NCBI GenBank assembly: GCA_028293375.1
Contig: JAQGOY010000244.1
Span: forward strand, 3,927 to 67,926
Direction: 5' to 3'
Length of the DNA: 64,000 nucleotides
From: Verrucomicrobiales bacterium
GTDB lineage: Bacteria; Verrucomicrobiota; Verrucomicrobiia; Limisphaerales; JAQGOY01
Below, in pieces: positions 8,512-18,153 of this stretch. A program made the position numbers and the translations under genes. How positions within the stretch are numbered: the first letter of the stretch is position 1; every line of letters begins with the position of its first letter. The notes beneath the pieces were generated by a model that had not been told where the DNA came from, searched no databases, and saw only the letters and a list, made by a program, of their open reading frames with translations.

Positions 8512-8811
8512 TTATGTTCGTTTAATCGATAAAGGGGCAAGGAAAATAATTGCCCCACCCCGCAGTTCCCTGGCCGTGATCTTCAGGGATGCGTAGTTGA
8601 TCACCAGGTCGCTCAATGGCAAGCCCGCTTTTTGCCCTTCCTTGAAACTGGCCAAAACTGCAGCCGCAATATCTTCCACAAAGTTCCTGGGGAAAATTTG
8701 CGGAAGAGTCGAGGAAAGAATTCTTCCGGAGGCGTCCACGGTAAAAGACCCTGTAGGGAGGCGGGTTAGACCTTTTATATCCTGCCGACCAAATAGTTCT
8801 AAGAGGCCCAT
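8512..8811 (-). CDS. Small Roadblock/LC7-like protein (inferred)
   Basis: 99 aa. The pattern GSFTVDASGRILSSTLP...EDIAAAVLA...LSDLVINYASLKITARELRGGAIIFLA fits the alpha-beta-alpha Roadblock layout. The start overlaps the stop of the REC-PATAN gene. Confidence 0.5.
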   Translation of the reverse strand: MGLLELFGRQDIKGLTRLPTGSFTVDASGRILSSTLPQIFPRNFVEDIAAAVLASFKEGQKAGLPLSDLVINYASLKITARELRGGAIIFLAPLSIKRT

Positions 8812-9860
8812 TGTGTCCTGATCGCGTTTAACGTTTCATCGAGATGATCGGTGTTTACCGTTCGGCGAATTCCCACAGTAAGCAAACTTTCCTCCCTGAG
8901 CAGAATTCCCACGTTTCTTTGCACGCCAGTTCCTTTGATGCCAGTGAGATTTCCCGCCTGCATCTTTTCCCCGAGCTGCTTGAAACTCTTTGTTGTTTGC
9001 CTCGCCCAGGCCACAAGCGATTCCGCATTCTCAGCTCCCCATGTTTCTTCTTTTTTCTTCTCGTCGAAGGGAATTTCCATCAGGAATTCAACACCATCAA
9101 CCCGCGCCAGGGCTCCCAGCCGCGTGCTCGTTCCCCTTGCAACCGATTCCGACGAAGGACTGGATTGCATCTCATCCATCGCTTGTGCGGAGTCCAATAA
9201 TAAGCCCTGATAAGAATTATGGATCGTCCTGGGACGATCCGGTTCAGAAGGCAGAATTTCAAAATTCCCCGTTTTCCACGAACATATTTCCTTGAATGCC
9301 TCCTCGCCGTTCAAAGCTCCGCAAACCGCATCGACGAGTTCGCCGTTCAAAACCCAGATGCGCCCTTCCTTGTTGTTATTGAGGATTCGTAGAACTGATG
9401 AGCTTTGAGACAAACATTCCAGTTGGATAATGTCCACCAGGCTTTTGCTTTGCACTCCGCGAAACCCCTGCGCTGCCCCTCTACCCAGGAGCGATTCCAC
9501 GCATTCCTGAAACAACTTGATTTCAGCAGAATTTGTAGGCTTCTCCCAAAATAAATCCACCCCCATGGCATAAGCCCGGGAACGGTACTGCTCGTCCAGG
9601 ACCGAGGTCATGATCACAATGCGCAGATGGGGAAATTTCCTGCGGACAATCGAAAGTACCTGCAACCCGTCCATCTTCGGCATGTTCAGGTCTGAGATCA
9701 GCATCGTGAAAGGCTCCGATTCAAGAACGGCGATAGCCCTTGCTCCAGAACTTGCTGTTTGGATGTCAGGTTTGCTGGGAAGCTGTCTCAGGATGTCGCG
9801 GTACAGTTCGAGCAGGTCTTGCTCATCATCCAGTAGAAGTATTTTGTAGGCAGGCGACAT
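8799..9860 (-). CDS. Response regulator: receiver + PATAN (DUF4388) domain + Roadblock-like C-terminus
   Basis: REC motifs (ILLLDDEQ, MLISDLNMPKMDG, IVIMTS). The PATAN-like segment is LVDIIQLECLSQSSSVLRILNNNKEGRIWVLNGELVDAVCGALNGEEAFKEICSWKTGNFEI. Start set at the ATG at 9860. Confidence 0.8.
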   Translation of the reverse strand: MSPAYKILLLDDEQDLLELYRDILRQLPSKPDIQTASSGARAIAVLESEPFTMLISDLNMPKMDGLQVLSIVRRKFPHLRIVIMTSVLDEQYRSRAYAMGVDLFWEKPTNSAEIKLFQECVESLLGRGAAQGFRGVQSKSLVDIIQLECLSQSSSVLRILNNNKEGRIWVLNGELVDAVCGALNGEEAFKEICSWKTGNFEILPSEPDRPRTIHNSYQGLLLDSAQAMDEMQSSPSSESVARGTSTRLGALARVDGVEFLMEIPFDEKKKEETWGAENAESLVAWARQTTKSFKQLGEKMQAGNLTGIKGTGVQRNVGILLREESLLTVGIRRTVNTDHLDETLNAIRTQWAS

Positions 9861-9974
9861 CAACAATTCGATTAAACCCCATATTTCCCTATTTTGCACA
9901 TAGAAAAAATTGGCCCGGAAAATGATGTCGACTCTAATTTGAGAATTTGGCAGCGTTAATGGAAAGGTGCGATA

Positions 9975-11618
9975 ATGTTTGGTTCTTTAAAAAAATTATT
10001 TTCAAAGCCCGAGCCGGCGCCCGTGGAACCGAAGGTTCAACCTCCTGTTTCCGCTCCCGCGCCAATTGTGGCCAAACCGCCAGAGTCCAAACCTCCAACC
10101 CCTGCGGCATCTCCCACGCAAAAACAACAGGAAGGGGTGAGTCTTGCGTTTGAGGTGGTAAAAAGCCGTTTTTCTCCAAATTTATCGGGTTTGATTAAGA
10201 ATCCTCCCGGACAGCCGTTAGTCTTTCCTAAAGGACGGATCATCGCAGCTCTCTCTACAGGAATGGTCAAAGTCACCTTTGCGGAGATTAAACAAGCCAG
10301 TCCTCCAGGCACCTTTCTCGATACCACCGGGCACGATGCGGAAACCGTGGAGTTGCCACTCGCAGATGTGCTAAAGGCTCTTCCATCGGGGGCGTTGCCA
10401 CGCAGACAGGGACAATCTAGAGTAACCCCCTCAAGCGAAGTCGGCGATATTTTTGGCCCTAAAGGGGTTGCGCTGCATCAACCCGTTCCGGCAGCAGACC
10501 GGCCATGGCCGGAAAGGGAGACGAGCACTCCAGCCATAGACAAAACGGAACCGGCGCCACCCGTGCCTACGCCCCAGGCCACGCCCGTTCCTGAGCCGCC
10601 CAGACCAGCAATTTCACCAAAACCCCTTGCCCTTGACCTTCCTGCCGCTGGACTTCCAACCCCTCCTGTCGCCTCAAGCCGGCCTGAAGCAGCAGGACTC
10701 ACCACCAACCAGCAACCTGAAACAATTCCTTTTCAAGCTCCCAAACTGGATTCAAGGCCCACAATTTCGTTTGGTAACCTGCCAAAGATAGAACCCAAAC
10801 CGCAACCTCTCCCCATTCCAGTCCCGTTGCCAACTCAGCCATCATCAGGTTTCACACTGGATGTCCCGGTCGCCCAGGTCTTCGTGCTTTGGCCAGATGC
10901 CATTAAGGCAGAGTTAATAGCTCACTCCCCTTCAGCTTCTGTATCCCTTCCCATGGAAAAAGTGGAGCAGACCATGAAAACGGGAAAAGTAGTCTTTCCA
11001 TACCGCGAGGTAGTGGCCTGGTTGCGGCCTGCATTCACCTCCAGTCTTCCGGACTTCGCCGCCCAATCAGTCGAATTTCCATTGAGCGTGGTTGCCCCGA
11101 TGTTTCTGGCGAAAAATCGTCAACCCCGGCAACAGAAAAAAACTGAAATTGGCGAAAATATTCCCAATCTGTTCTCATCCGCCCCGGCTCCGCTACCGGT
11201 TTCCGCTCTCCCGGCAGAAACAACAGCTTCCCCTTCCGCTGTTCCTAAAAATTCGGCAAAAGCTGCCGAGGAGTGGGGCCCCCAGGAAGTGGTCCAGCAG
11301 AGCGTCATCCTGCCAGGGGTTGCCGGTGCCCTGGTTTGCAGCATCGACGGTTTGCCCGTCGCTTCCCAGCTTCCGCCCAGTGTGAAGAAAGAAATCGCCT
11401 CCGCGTTTCTTAGCCAAATGTTCATCCGGGCAGCGGAGTCAGCGCGTCACCTTCATGCGGGTGAGCTGGGCTTCCTGGTGCTCCACCTCGGCAACACTCC
11501 CTGGCTTATCCTGAAGACTCCCAATTCCTATTATGTGGCCATAGGTAAGCCCGGCGAAGACCTCCCTCTCCAACAACTTAAACAACTCGCAGCCCTTCTC
11601 TCCTCACAACCCAAATAG
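9975..11618 (+). CDS. Proline-rich scaffold protein with an internally duplicated module and a C-terminal Roadblock/LC7 (MglB-like) domain
   Basis: 547 aa with long P/A/T-rich linkers. The C-terminus (VILPGVAGALVCSIDGLPVASQLP...GFLVLHLGNTPWLILKTPNSYYVAIGKPGE) is Roadblock-like. Lies immediately upstream of mglA (2-nt gap). Confidence 0.75.
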   Translation: MFGSLKKLFSKPEPAPVEPKVQPPVSAPAPIVAKPPESKPPTPAASPTQKQQEGVSLAFEVVKSRFSPNLSGLIKNPPGQPLVFPKGRIIAALSTGMVKVTFAEIKQASPPGTFLDTTGHDAETVELPLADVLKALPSGALPRRQGQSRVTPSSEVGDIFGPKGVALHQPVPAADRPWPERETSTPAIDKTEPAPPVPTPQATPVPEPPRPAISPKPLALDLPAAGLPTPPVASSRPEAAGLTTNQQPETIPFQAPKLDSRPTISFGNLPKIEPKPQPLPIPVPLPTQPSSGFTLDVPVAQVFVLWPDAIKAELIAHSPSASVSLPMEKVEQTMKTGKVVFPYREVVAWLRPAFTSSLPDFAAQSVEFPLSVVAPMFLAKNRQPRQQKKTEIGENIPNLFSSAPAPLPVSALPAETTASPSAVPKNSAKAAEEWGPQEVVQQSVILPGVAGALVCSIDGLPVASQLPPSVKKEIASAFLSQMFIRAAESARHLHAGELGFLVLHLGNTPWLILKTPNSYYVAIGKPGEDLPLQQLKQLAALLSSQPK

Positions 11619-11620
11619 TT

Positions 11621-12232
11621 ATGGCCATCATCAACCAGGCAACCAAGGAACTACAGGTCAAGATTGTTTACTATGGCCCGGCAAAGTGCGGCAAGACAAC
11701 CAACCTCGAGCAGGTTCATGGAAATGTTCAAAACGTTAAGGAGAAGGGAAAGCTGGTTTCTCTGGCCACCAGTTCTGATCGCACCCTCTTCTTCGATTTC
11801 CTTCCCATTGAGGCCATGGCCATCAAAGGCTTCAAAACCAAGTTCCAGCTTTACACCGTCCCCGGCCAGGTGATTTACAACACCACCCGCCAACTGGTCC
11901 TCAGGGGAGTGGACGGGATCGTCTTCGTGGCCGATTCTCAATACGATAAAATGTCAGAAAACGTGGAAAGTTTCACCAACCTGGAAGAGAATCTTAAAAG
12001 CCAAAAACTGAACCTTTCGGATATTCCCTACGTTCTCCAGTATAACAAGCGCGACCTGCCCAATGCCGCCCCGGTGGATTACATGGAATATGTTTTGAAC
12101 AACCGCGAGTTGCAGGTCCCCTCCTTTGCGGCGTCCGCCTCCAAATGCGATGGTGTTTTTGAAACTTTGAACATGATCACCCGATTATTGCTCAATAAGT
12201 TCATTAACGAAGGCAGTCGCAAAACTCCCTGA
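11621..12232 (+). CDS. mglA: MglA-family Ras-like small GTPase
   Basis: P-loop YYGPAKCGKTT, RTLFFDFLP, the MglA-specific LYTVPGQVIY switch II (PGQ rather than DxxGQ), and NKRDL. Confidence 0.9.
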   Translation: MAIINQATKELQVKIVYYGPAKCGKTTNLEQVHGNVQNVKEKGKLVSLATSSDRTLFFDFLPIEAMAIKGFKTKFQLYTVPGQVIYNTTRQLVLRGVDGIVFVADSQYDKMSENVESFTNLEENLKSQKLNLSDIPYVLQYNKRDLPNAAPVDYMEYVLNNRELQVPSFAASASKCDGVFETLNMITRLLLNKFINEGSRKTP

Positions 12233-12237
12233 TTTTT

Positions 12238-12720
12238 ATGTTCAGCCTGCCTCAGTTATTCGGGGAGGACATCGAGGAATTCAACTCAGCGCTGGACCGC
12301 TTGCTCTCCCAAACCGATGCCCTGGCCGCGATGATTATCGATGTGGGAGGCTTTCTCATCACATGCCGCGGAGAGAACTCCGCTTTCGATGCGACGACTT
12401 TGGCAGCGCTTGCCGCCGCCAGCTTCTCGGCCACCCAGCAAATGGCGATCACGATCGGTGAATCCACCTTCAATTCCGTTTATCAACAGGGTGAAAAATT
12501 CAGTCTGCTGCTGCAGGATGTGAACGGGCAATGTCTCCTGGTGGTTATCTTTAAGGCGGACAACAGCGTCGGCGCACTCAAATACTGTTCGACAGACACC
12601 ATCGAAAGAACCAAATCCCAGCTTGGCCGAGCCCAGGAGCGCCACCCTTCACAGGGCCTCGATCTTTCCTCACTGAATCTCGCCGATCCTTCAGCTGTTT
12701 TTAAACGGAAACAGGAATAG
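12238..12720 (+). CDS. mglB: MglB-like Roadblock/LC7 GTPase-activating protein
   Basis: 160 aa (LDRLLSQTDALAAMIIDVGGFLITCRG...QCLLVVIFKADNSVGALKY). Lies 5 nt after mglA, the canonical mglA-mglB gene order. Confidence 0.8.
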   Translation: MFSLPQLFGEDIEEFNSALDRLLSQTDALAAMIIDVGGFLITCRGENSAFDATTLAALAAASFSATQQMAITIGESTFNSVYQQGEKFSLLLQDVNGQCLLVVIFKADNSVGALKYCSTDTIERTKSQLGRAQERHPSQGLDLSSLNLADPSAVFKRKQE

Positions 12721-12724
12721 TGCT

Positions 12725-13516
12725 TTACCGAATTTTGCCTGCGTAAACATTAAAGCACTGCCCCCGGGCAAAGCCGATCAGCGTTAAGCGGCTTTTGCGG
12801 GCCAACTCAACCGCAAGCGAAGTCGGCGCTGAAATGCCTGCGATCACTGGAATCCTTGCATTCAAAGCCTTTTGCACTATCTCAAAAGAAATTCTACCAC
12901 TCACCATTAAAATATTTCTTTGATTACTGCGCTTCTCCAGCAGGGCCCACCCTATGACCTTGTCCACAGCGTTGTGCCGTCCCACATCTTCACGCGCTAC
13001 TAAAAGCTTTCCTCCCATGCTGAACAGGGCAACCCCGTGCAAGCCGCCGGTAGCGGAAAAGACCTTCTGGGAATCGGACAATTGCTCCGCGAGATTTTGG
13101 ATTGTCTTCCTTTTCGGGATCGCGACAGTCCGAAACGGCGGGCAACGGCGCAATACCTCGTGAATACTTGCCTTTCCACACAGGCCGCAACTGGAATTAA
13201 TAACAAATCTTCTTGGGCTCTGCACCGGCGCCCGGGAGGTGCATGAAACCAGGAAAAAATCGATACTGTTCCCTTCCCGGTTCCGGGCATTTTCACGAAT
13301 ACCTAAGATCTGGCCAGACTCCGTAATCATCTTCTCAGAATAAAGGAACCCTGCCGCCAATTCCTCATCATGCCCTGGAGTCCTCATTGTCACTGCGACC
13401 GGAACCGAATCGACACGTATTTCCAAAGGTTCTTCAACCGCCAGCAAATCGGAGGCGCAAGATGAAATTAACCTTCCATTTACTCGCCGTATTTTAAACT
13501 GTCGCGCCCCTATCAC
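12725..13516 (-). CDS. fdhD: Formate dehydrogenase accessory sulfurtransferase FdhD
   Basis: FdhD motifs (TPGHDEELAAGF, SSCGLCGKASI, VGRHNAVDKVIG). Start set at the GTG at 13516, forming a GTGA overlap with the upstream stop. The track's longer N-terminus overlaps the upstream gene by about 100 nt. Confidence 0.85.
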   Translation of the reverse strand: MIGARQFKIRRVNGRLISSCASDLLAVEEPLEIRVDSVPVAVTMRTPGHDEELAAGFLYSEKMITESGQILGIRENARNREGNSIDFFLVSCTSRAPVQSPRRFVINSSCGLCGKASIHEVLRRCPPFRTVAIPKRKTIQNLAEQLSDSQKVFSATGGLHGVALFSMGGKLLVAREDVGRHNAVDKVIGWALLEKRSNQRNILMVSGRISFEIVQKALNARIPVIAGISAPTSLAVELARKSRLTLIGFARGQCFNVYAGKIR

Positions 13517-15762
13517 TTTATTTCTCGCTCCACCGTCACCAGGGCGTTGTAATCCGGCACTCCGCCGATCGCATCGACCTGTTTTCTGGGGATAATAACA
13601 TTGCCTTCCGGCCAATGAATCTGAAGATTCCCCGGCGCAATCTGCGAAACGAAAATCCGGCCGCTGAAACTGCCGATATCATTCCGCAACGTTGCTCTGT
13701 CCCCATCTGAAAAACCCAACCGGAGAGCGTCCATCTCGCTCATGAAAATTGCTTCACGTGAAGCCCCAGTCAATGGATCCTTATCCGCGAAAATCAAGGT
13801 ATTGAACTGTTTTCCCCGCCGGGTGCTCACCATGAAAACTTCTTCTTGATTCCTTGTTTTTGGATCATCCGAATACACAGCCCGTGCGCCCGGCGCCTCG
13901 ACGGTTTTGAAATGTGCTTTTCCATCCCTGGTCGGAAAAATGCGGTTCGCGCACAGATCCCTTCCGCCGTACTGGATGGCATCGCCTGTTTTTCTCAGAT
14001 GCTCAATCCCTGCATAGAATGGGACGATTCTGGCAATTTCCTTTCGCAACTCCCATCCATCTGAAACGTGGATTTGCTGTTTTCTTTCCGGCCAAACCGC
14101 ATCGGCAAACTGCTCCAGGATCCTCCATTCGGCGCGTGCTTCGCCCACTTCTCTCGGGATTTCCGGGCTAAAAATGATTCTCCGTTCCGTGGTTGTTTCT
14201 GTCCCTCCTTCATCCTGCTCGTATCGAGTCTTGGCAGGGAGGAGCAGAACTTTTCCTTTCGATGGAACAAGCATTTGGTCCGTTATCAGGATGTCTTGAT
14301 GAATCCGCAGAGGAATACGCTCCAAAGCTTTTCTCACCTGGTCCGGCTGTGGCAGAGTCCTCAGGAAATTGCCGCCCACGCAATACAAGAGATCCAATTT
14401 CCCCTCGCCCGCCGCATCGACCATTTCAACGGTGTTCAACCCCACCTTGTCCGGGACGCAAAATCCATACTCTTCCGAGAGCGTGGCTGCGCTTTCGGGG
14501 TGAATAGGTACCCCGCCGGGAAAAACAGAACAATTGGCGCCCATCTCCGCGCCACCCTGGACACTCGAATGCCCGCGAATAGGCATCAATCCGCACTTCT
14601 CCAGCCCCACGTACCCTCGGCTTAAGCCAAGATTTAAGATCATCGATACCGCATCGCCTCCATACGAATGCTGGGTGATTCCCATGCTCCAGACAAACAC
14701 CGCCCTCGGTGACTTTTGAATAAGCGCGCCAAATGCTTCAATGACTGATCTCGACACTCCAGCACCTTGTTCAATCGTCTCCCAGTCCAACTGCCTGCAT
14801 TTATCTTTTATCTTCTCAAATCCAACTGTGTATTGATCCACGAACTCATGATTAATACCATTATTTTCTATTAACCACTTTAATGCGCCGTAAAGAAAAG
14901 AGATATCGCCGCCCTGTGTGACAGGGAACCAGTAATCGGTTATTTTTGTTCCCAGCAAAGCGCTTTGCGCCGAGGAAGGAACCCAGTATTTTTCCATCCC
15001 CGGCTCCCGATACGGATTCACCATCGCCACTCGTGTCCCTAACTTTTTGGCTTCGTGGAGATACTTCGTCGCCACCGGTTGATCATTCGCCGGGTTGGAA
15101 CCGAAAAATACAATCAGATCCGTTCCAAACCAATCGCTATAGCTGCAGGTGCTGGCCGACACTCCAAGCGCGTGCTTCATTGCTCCCGTGGAAGGGGAAT
15201 GGCACAGTCTCGCCGCATTATCGATGTTGTTCGTTCCAAGAAACCGGGCCACCTTTTGGGCCATGTAATACACCTCGTTGGTAACCCCACGCGAAGTGAC
15301 GAAGAATGCCATTCGCTCAGGAGATATTTTTCGCACCTCCGGGCCAACCATGGAGAAAGCTTCCTCCCACGAAATACGGTGAAAACCCCTGTCGCCAGCA
15401 CTTCGAAGCATGGGATAACCCAGCCTGCCCATCTCCCTCAATTCCCGGTTCGATTTCCCTTCCAGCTTCTCCACCTCCATAAACACAGCCGGATCGAACG
15501 CTGGCATGGTGTTCAACCTCAGCAGGTTCAATCGCGTCATGCAAAGGTGAACCCCTTCAATGGTCCAGTCATGAAAACCTGCCACCCCAAGAGCGCACCC
15601 GTCACAAACTCCCTGGCTCAGGACCTTCCACCCATAACAGAGGTTGTCCCGATTCTCCCACGCCACTTTGATCATATCCCGAAAATGCCGGGGCTTGGTG
15701 TGGCTTAACCCGAAAGGGACTGCGTCCCTCCACGAGTTTTCATTTTTATCGGAGCAGTCCAT
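13513..15762 (-). CDS. FdhF/YdeP-family molybdopterin (bis-MGD) oxidoreductase
   Basis: 749 aa. The N-terminus (GLSHTKPRHFRDMIKVAWENRDN...QGVCDGCALG) and overall length are typical of the YdeP/Fdh-alpha-like family. Followed by fdhD. Confidence 0.85.
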   Translation of the reverse strand: MDCSDKNENSWRDAVPFGLSHTKPRHFRDMIKVAWENRDNLCYGWKVLSQGVCDGCALGVAGFHDWTIEGVHLCMTRLNLLRLNTMPAFDPAVFMEVEKLEGKSNRELREMGRLGYPMLRSAGDRGFHRISWEEAFSMVGPEVRKISPERMAFFVTSRGVTNEVYYMAQKVARFLGTNNIDNAARLCHSPSTGAMKHALGVSASTCSYSDWFGTDLIVFFGSNPANDQPVATKYLHEAKKLGTRVAMVNPYREPGMEKYWVPSSAQSALLGTKITDYWFPVTQGGDISFLYGALKWLIENNGINHEFVDQYTVGFEKIKDKCRQLDWETIEQGAGVSRSVIEAFGALIQKSPRAVFVWSMGITQHSYGGDAVSMILNLGLSRGYVGLEKCGLMPIRGHSSVQGGAEMGANCSVFPGGVPIHPESAATLSEEYGFCVPDKVGLNTVEMVDAAGEGKLDLLYCVGGNFLRTLPQPDQVRKALERIPLRIHQDILITDQMLVPSKGKVLLLPAKTRYEQDEGGTETTTERRIIFSPEIPREVGEARAEWRILEQFADAVWPERKQQIHVSDGWELRKEIARIVPFYAGIEHLRKTGDAIQYGGRDLCANRIFPTRDGKAHFKTVEAPGARAVYSDDPKTRNQEEVFMVSTRRGKQFNTLIFADKDPLTGASREAIFMSEMDALRLGFSDGDRATLRNDIGSFSGRIFVSQIAPGNLQIHWPEGNVIIPRKQVDAIGGVPDYNALVTVEREIK

Positions 15763-18035
15763 TATCGGCCAAGCACCACCTGGTAAGGCTCCACCGTGAT
15801 ATTGTTTAGTTTGGCGTCCACCTTGTCGTTGAGCGAAGTGGATTTCAAAGCGTCAACCCATTTGAACTGTTGAAAAAACATCGTCATCGGTTCCGGGCCG
15901 CCCAATTGAACCGACACTTTCTCAGGCTTGGAACTAAGGGAAACGATAACCAGGGTGGACTGCCCTTTGTAACTTCTCATCCCCGCGATCACGTTGGGAT
16001 TGCTGCTCACGATATTCCTCAGCTGGACATTTCCAAAAACCAATTCGGGATATTTTCTCCGCGCTTCAAACAGTAGTTTATAATACTTCCAGACTTCCGG
16101 GCCTTCGTCGGGCGATGGTTTGCCTTTCGTTTTGGGATCGCCTGCAAACACTTCCGGCACCCCAAAAAAGGAATGAACCGCTTCCAGCGCCAGGAACGGC
16201 CTGGTGTAACCGTTGAAATGATAAAACCATGAAGTGTCGTGGTTACGCGCAAAAAAGACCCGCTTTGTTCCCCTCGGCAGAAGGTCGCTCGTGTCCGATA
16301 GATACTCTTTGTAATGGCTCGCCGTTACGAGATTGCTCGACAGCTGTTCCAAAAAAACCTGCGGCCCCATGGTCATGTTGTCCTGCACCAGATCACACGA
16401 ACCATGGTAAAGCGGCCCGAAAACTTCGCTCAGCAGGACCGCGTTGCTATTGGATTCCCGCAGAGTAGCAATGATGTTTTTAAGCAAATCAGGCGCCGCC
16501 GACCCGGCCCGATAAGCAGGATAAGGTAATGTTGGATCCCAATTCGGGCCTTTGAAAGTGGCCGCGTCCACTCTGTAGCCATCTATCCCGTATTCCTTCA
16601 CATCATGTGTCACCAACTCGAACAAGTAGTTTTCGTAACCTCTATTGGCCCAGTCAGGAGTAATACTTTTCCACGTTGGATGCGTTACCAATTCCCCCTT
16701 TTCATCACGTATAAACATTCCCGGCCTATCCTGCGGAATCGTGGATTTCTCATCGAATCCGTGGATCACCATGTCAAACAGCACTTTCATTCCGAGTTCA
16801 TGAGCCTTGACAACCAGGCTTTTCAGTTCATTTGTTTTTCCTAAACGCGGATCCACGACCATGGGATCGATCGGCGAATACCCGCCTTTCCAGTGAGGCA
16901 TTAGATACAGGGTGTTGAATCCTATATCCTTGTAAAATGCCAACCTGGCTTCCAGCCCCTTGAAACCGTCGAGGTAGTATTGCGGCATTGCTTCCAGAAT
17001 AACTGCCTCTTTCACCCAGGCCGGTGAATTCGTTGCCACCGGCATTCTCTTCTCCACCATTTCGCGGTATGTCATCAGGCAATCGGATCCGTTAACTCCC
17101 ACATGAACGATATGGGTGTCGGAAAAAACTGTTTGGCCTGCCCGCAGCAAATAAAATCGATTGTCATGATTTCGCAGGGTCAGTTTGCCGGCTTTTACTT
17201 TTAACGACGACGCATAGTCGACCTCTCCACCCGTATCCATCCAGGTGCCCAGAGTCATGCCGCCCACATGGGTTGACACCATCATGATCCCAAAACCGGC
17301 TTCCGGGGCGTTCAGGAAGCTCACATCTCTTCCCTCCAAACTGGATACCGAACTGGGCGATGGAATGTAATTTCGAGAGTCAAAAGGTCCTGGAACCACC
17401 ACCTGGCATTGCTCCGGTGATCCCAATGAAACCTCAGGGAGAACAAAAGTGAACCCTTCGAAATGAGTACCCTGAGTGCCTTTGTCCTTCAGCAAAGTCA
17501 GCTCTGCGGACCTTTCAAGGCGAGGGCTGTCAGAAGCCACTTTGAATTGCACCGCAAAACGATAAATAGGTTCCGTCGCAATGCCACTTGGCTGTTTTTC
17601 GTATCCTTCAAAACTGAGACGAAGACGCGAACTCTTCCTGTCAGGTTCGAGCCCCACATCAGATCCCTTGAATTTCCAGGAATAGGTGTCCCAGGCGGAC
17701 TTGCCATCGATATTAAAGTCCACCGTGCGATAGGCGTTGGTAAATACGTTAATTGTATGAATTTCCAAGCCTTCCCACATCCCGGATGTTTGATCGAAAT
17801 AAAGGTGGAAAACGCTATTCCCGAACAATAATTTATTGCCAATTTGCCCGTACTGCAGGTCATAACTCAAGACCTTGAGGGGGGAAGCCGTTTGGCTGCG
17901 TGATTCGCTACTTTTTACCGCCGGTTGACCTTGTGCAGGTTCCAGCACGGCCACGCCCCAGATCAGGCCCAACACAATGAAAAACAAAAATGGAGCCTGC
18001 TTCAGCTTGAAACTCTTTAAATGTGTCTCTTTCAT
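15762..18035 (-). CDS. Secreted GH13 alpha-amylase-family glycoside hydrolase
   Basis: GH13 conserved regions: GFNTLYLMPHW, GIDGYRVDAA, LLSEVF and FARNHD. Start set at the ATG at 18035, giving signal peptide MKETHLKSFKLKQAPFLFFIVLGLIWGVAVLEPAQG. Confidence 0.85.
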   Translation of the reverse strand: MKETHLKSFKLKQAPFLFFIVLGLIWGVAVLEPAQGQPAVKSSESRSQTASPLKVLSYDLQYGQIGNKLLFGNSVFHLYFDQTSGMWEGLEIHTINVFTNAYRTVDFNIDGKSAWDTYSWKFKGSDVGLEPDRKSSRLRLSFEGYEKQPSGIATEPIYRFAVQFKVASDSPRLERSAELTLLKDKGTQGTHFEGFTFVLPEVSLGSPEQCQVVVPGPFDSRNYIPSPSSVSSLEGRDVSFLNAPEAGFGIMMVSTHVGGMTLGTWMDTGGEVDYASSLKVKAGKLTLRNHDNRFYLLRAGQTVFSDTHIVHVGVNGSDCLMTYREMVEKRMPVATNSPAWVKEAVILEAMPQYYLDGFKGLEARLAFYKDIGFNTLYLMPHWKGGYSPIDPMVVDPRLGKTNELKSLVVKAHELGMKVLFDMVIHGFDEKSTIPQDRPGMFIRDEKGELVTHPTWKSITPDWANRGYENYLFELVTHDVKEYGIDGYRVDAATFKGPNWDPTLPYPAYRAGSAAPDLLKNIIATLRESNSNAVLLSEVFGPLYHGSCDLVQDNMTMGPQVFLEQLSSNLVTASHYKEYLSDTSDLLPRGTKRVFFARNHDTSWFYHFNGYTRPFLALEAVHSFFGVPEVFAGDPKTKGKPSPDEGPEVWKYYKLLFEARRKYPELVFGNVQLRNIVSSNPNVIAGMRSYKGQSTLVIVSLSSKPEKVSVQLGGPEPMTMFFQQFKWVDALKSTSLNDKVDAKLNNITVEPYQVVLGR

Positions 18036-18153
18036 ATCTCTGGAATGGATTACTTCCTCTTTGACAGATGCTGCGGTGGTTGGCAAGGTTGACGGCTCGA
18101 TTTAGTGATTACTAAATTGGAAATTGGAAGTTGAGCGTTTCTTGAAATTATCT

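Noticed and set aside
13517-13615. Longer FdhD N-terminus (ATG at 13615) overlapping the ydeP-like gene by ~100 nt
   Set aside because: The GTG at 13516 gives a 4-nt GTGA coupling overlap and a protein of typical FdhD length. The extension is Arg/Gly-rich with no FdhD similarity that I recognise.
13513-15762. Possible selenocysteine (in-frame TGA) in the formate-dehydrogenase-like enzyme
   Set aside because: The ORF is uninterrupted with no internal TGA. YdeP-type enzymes use Cys, so no recoding needs to be invoked.
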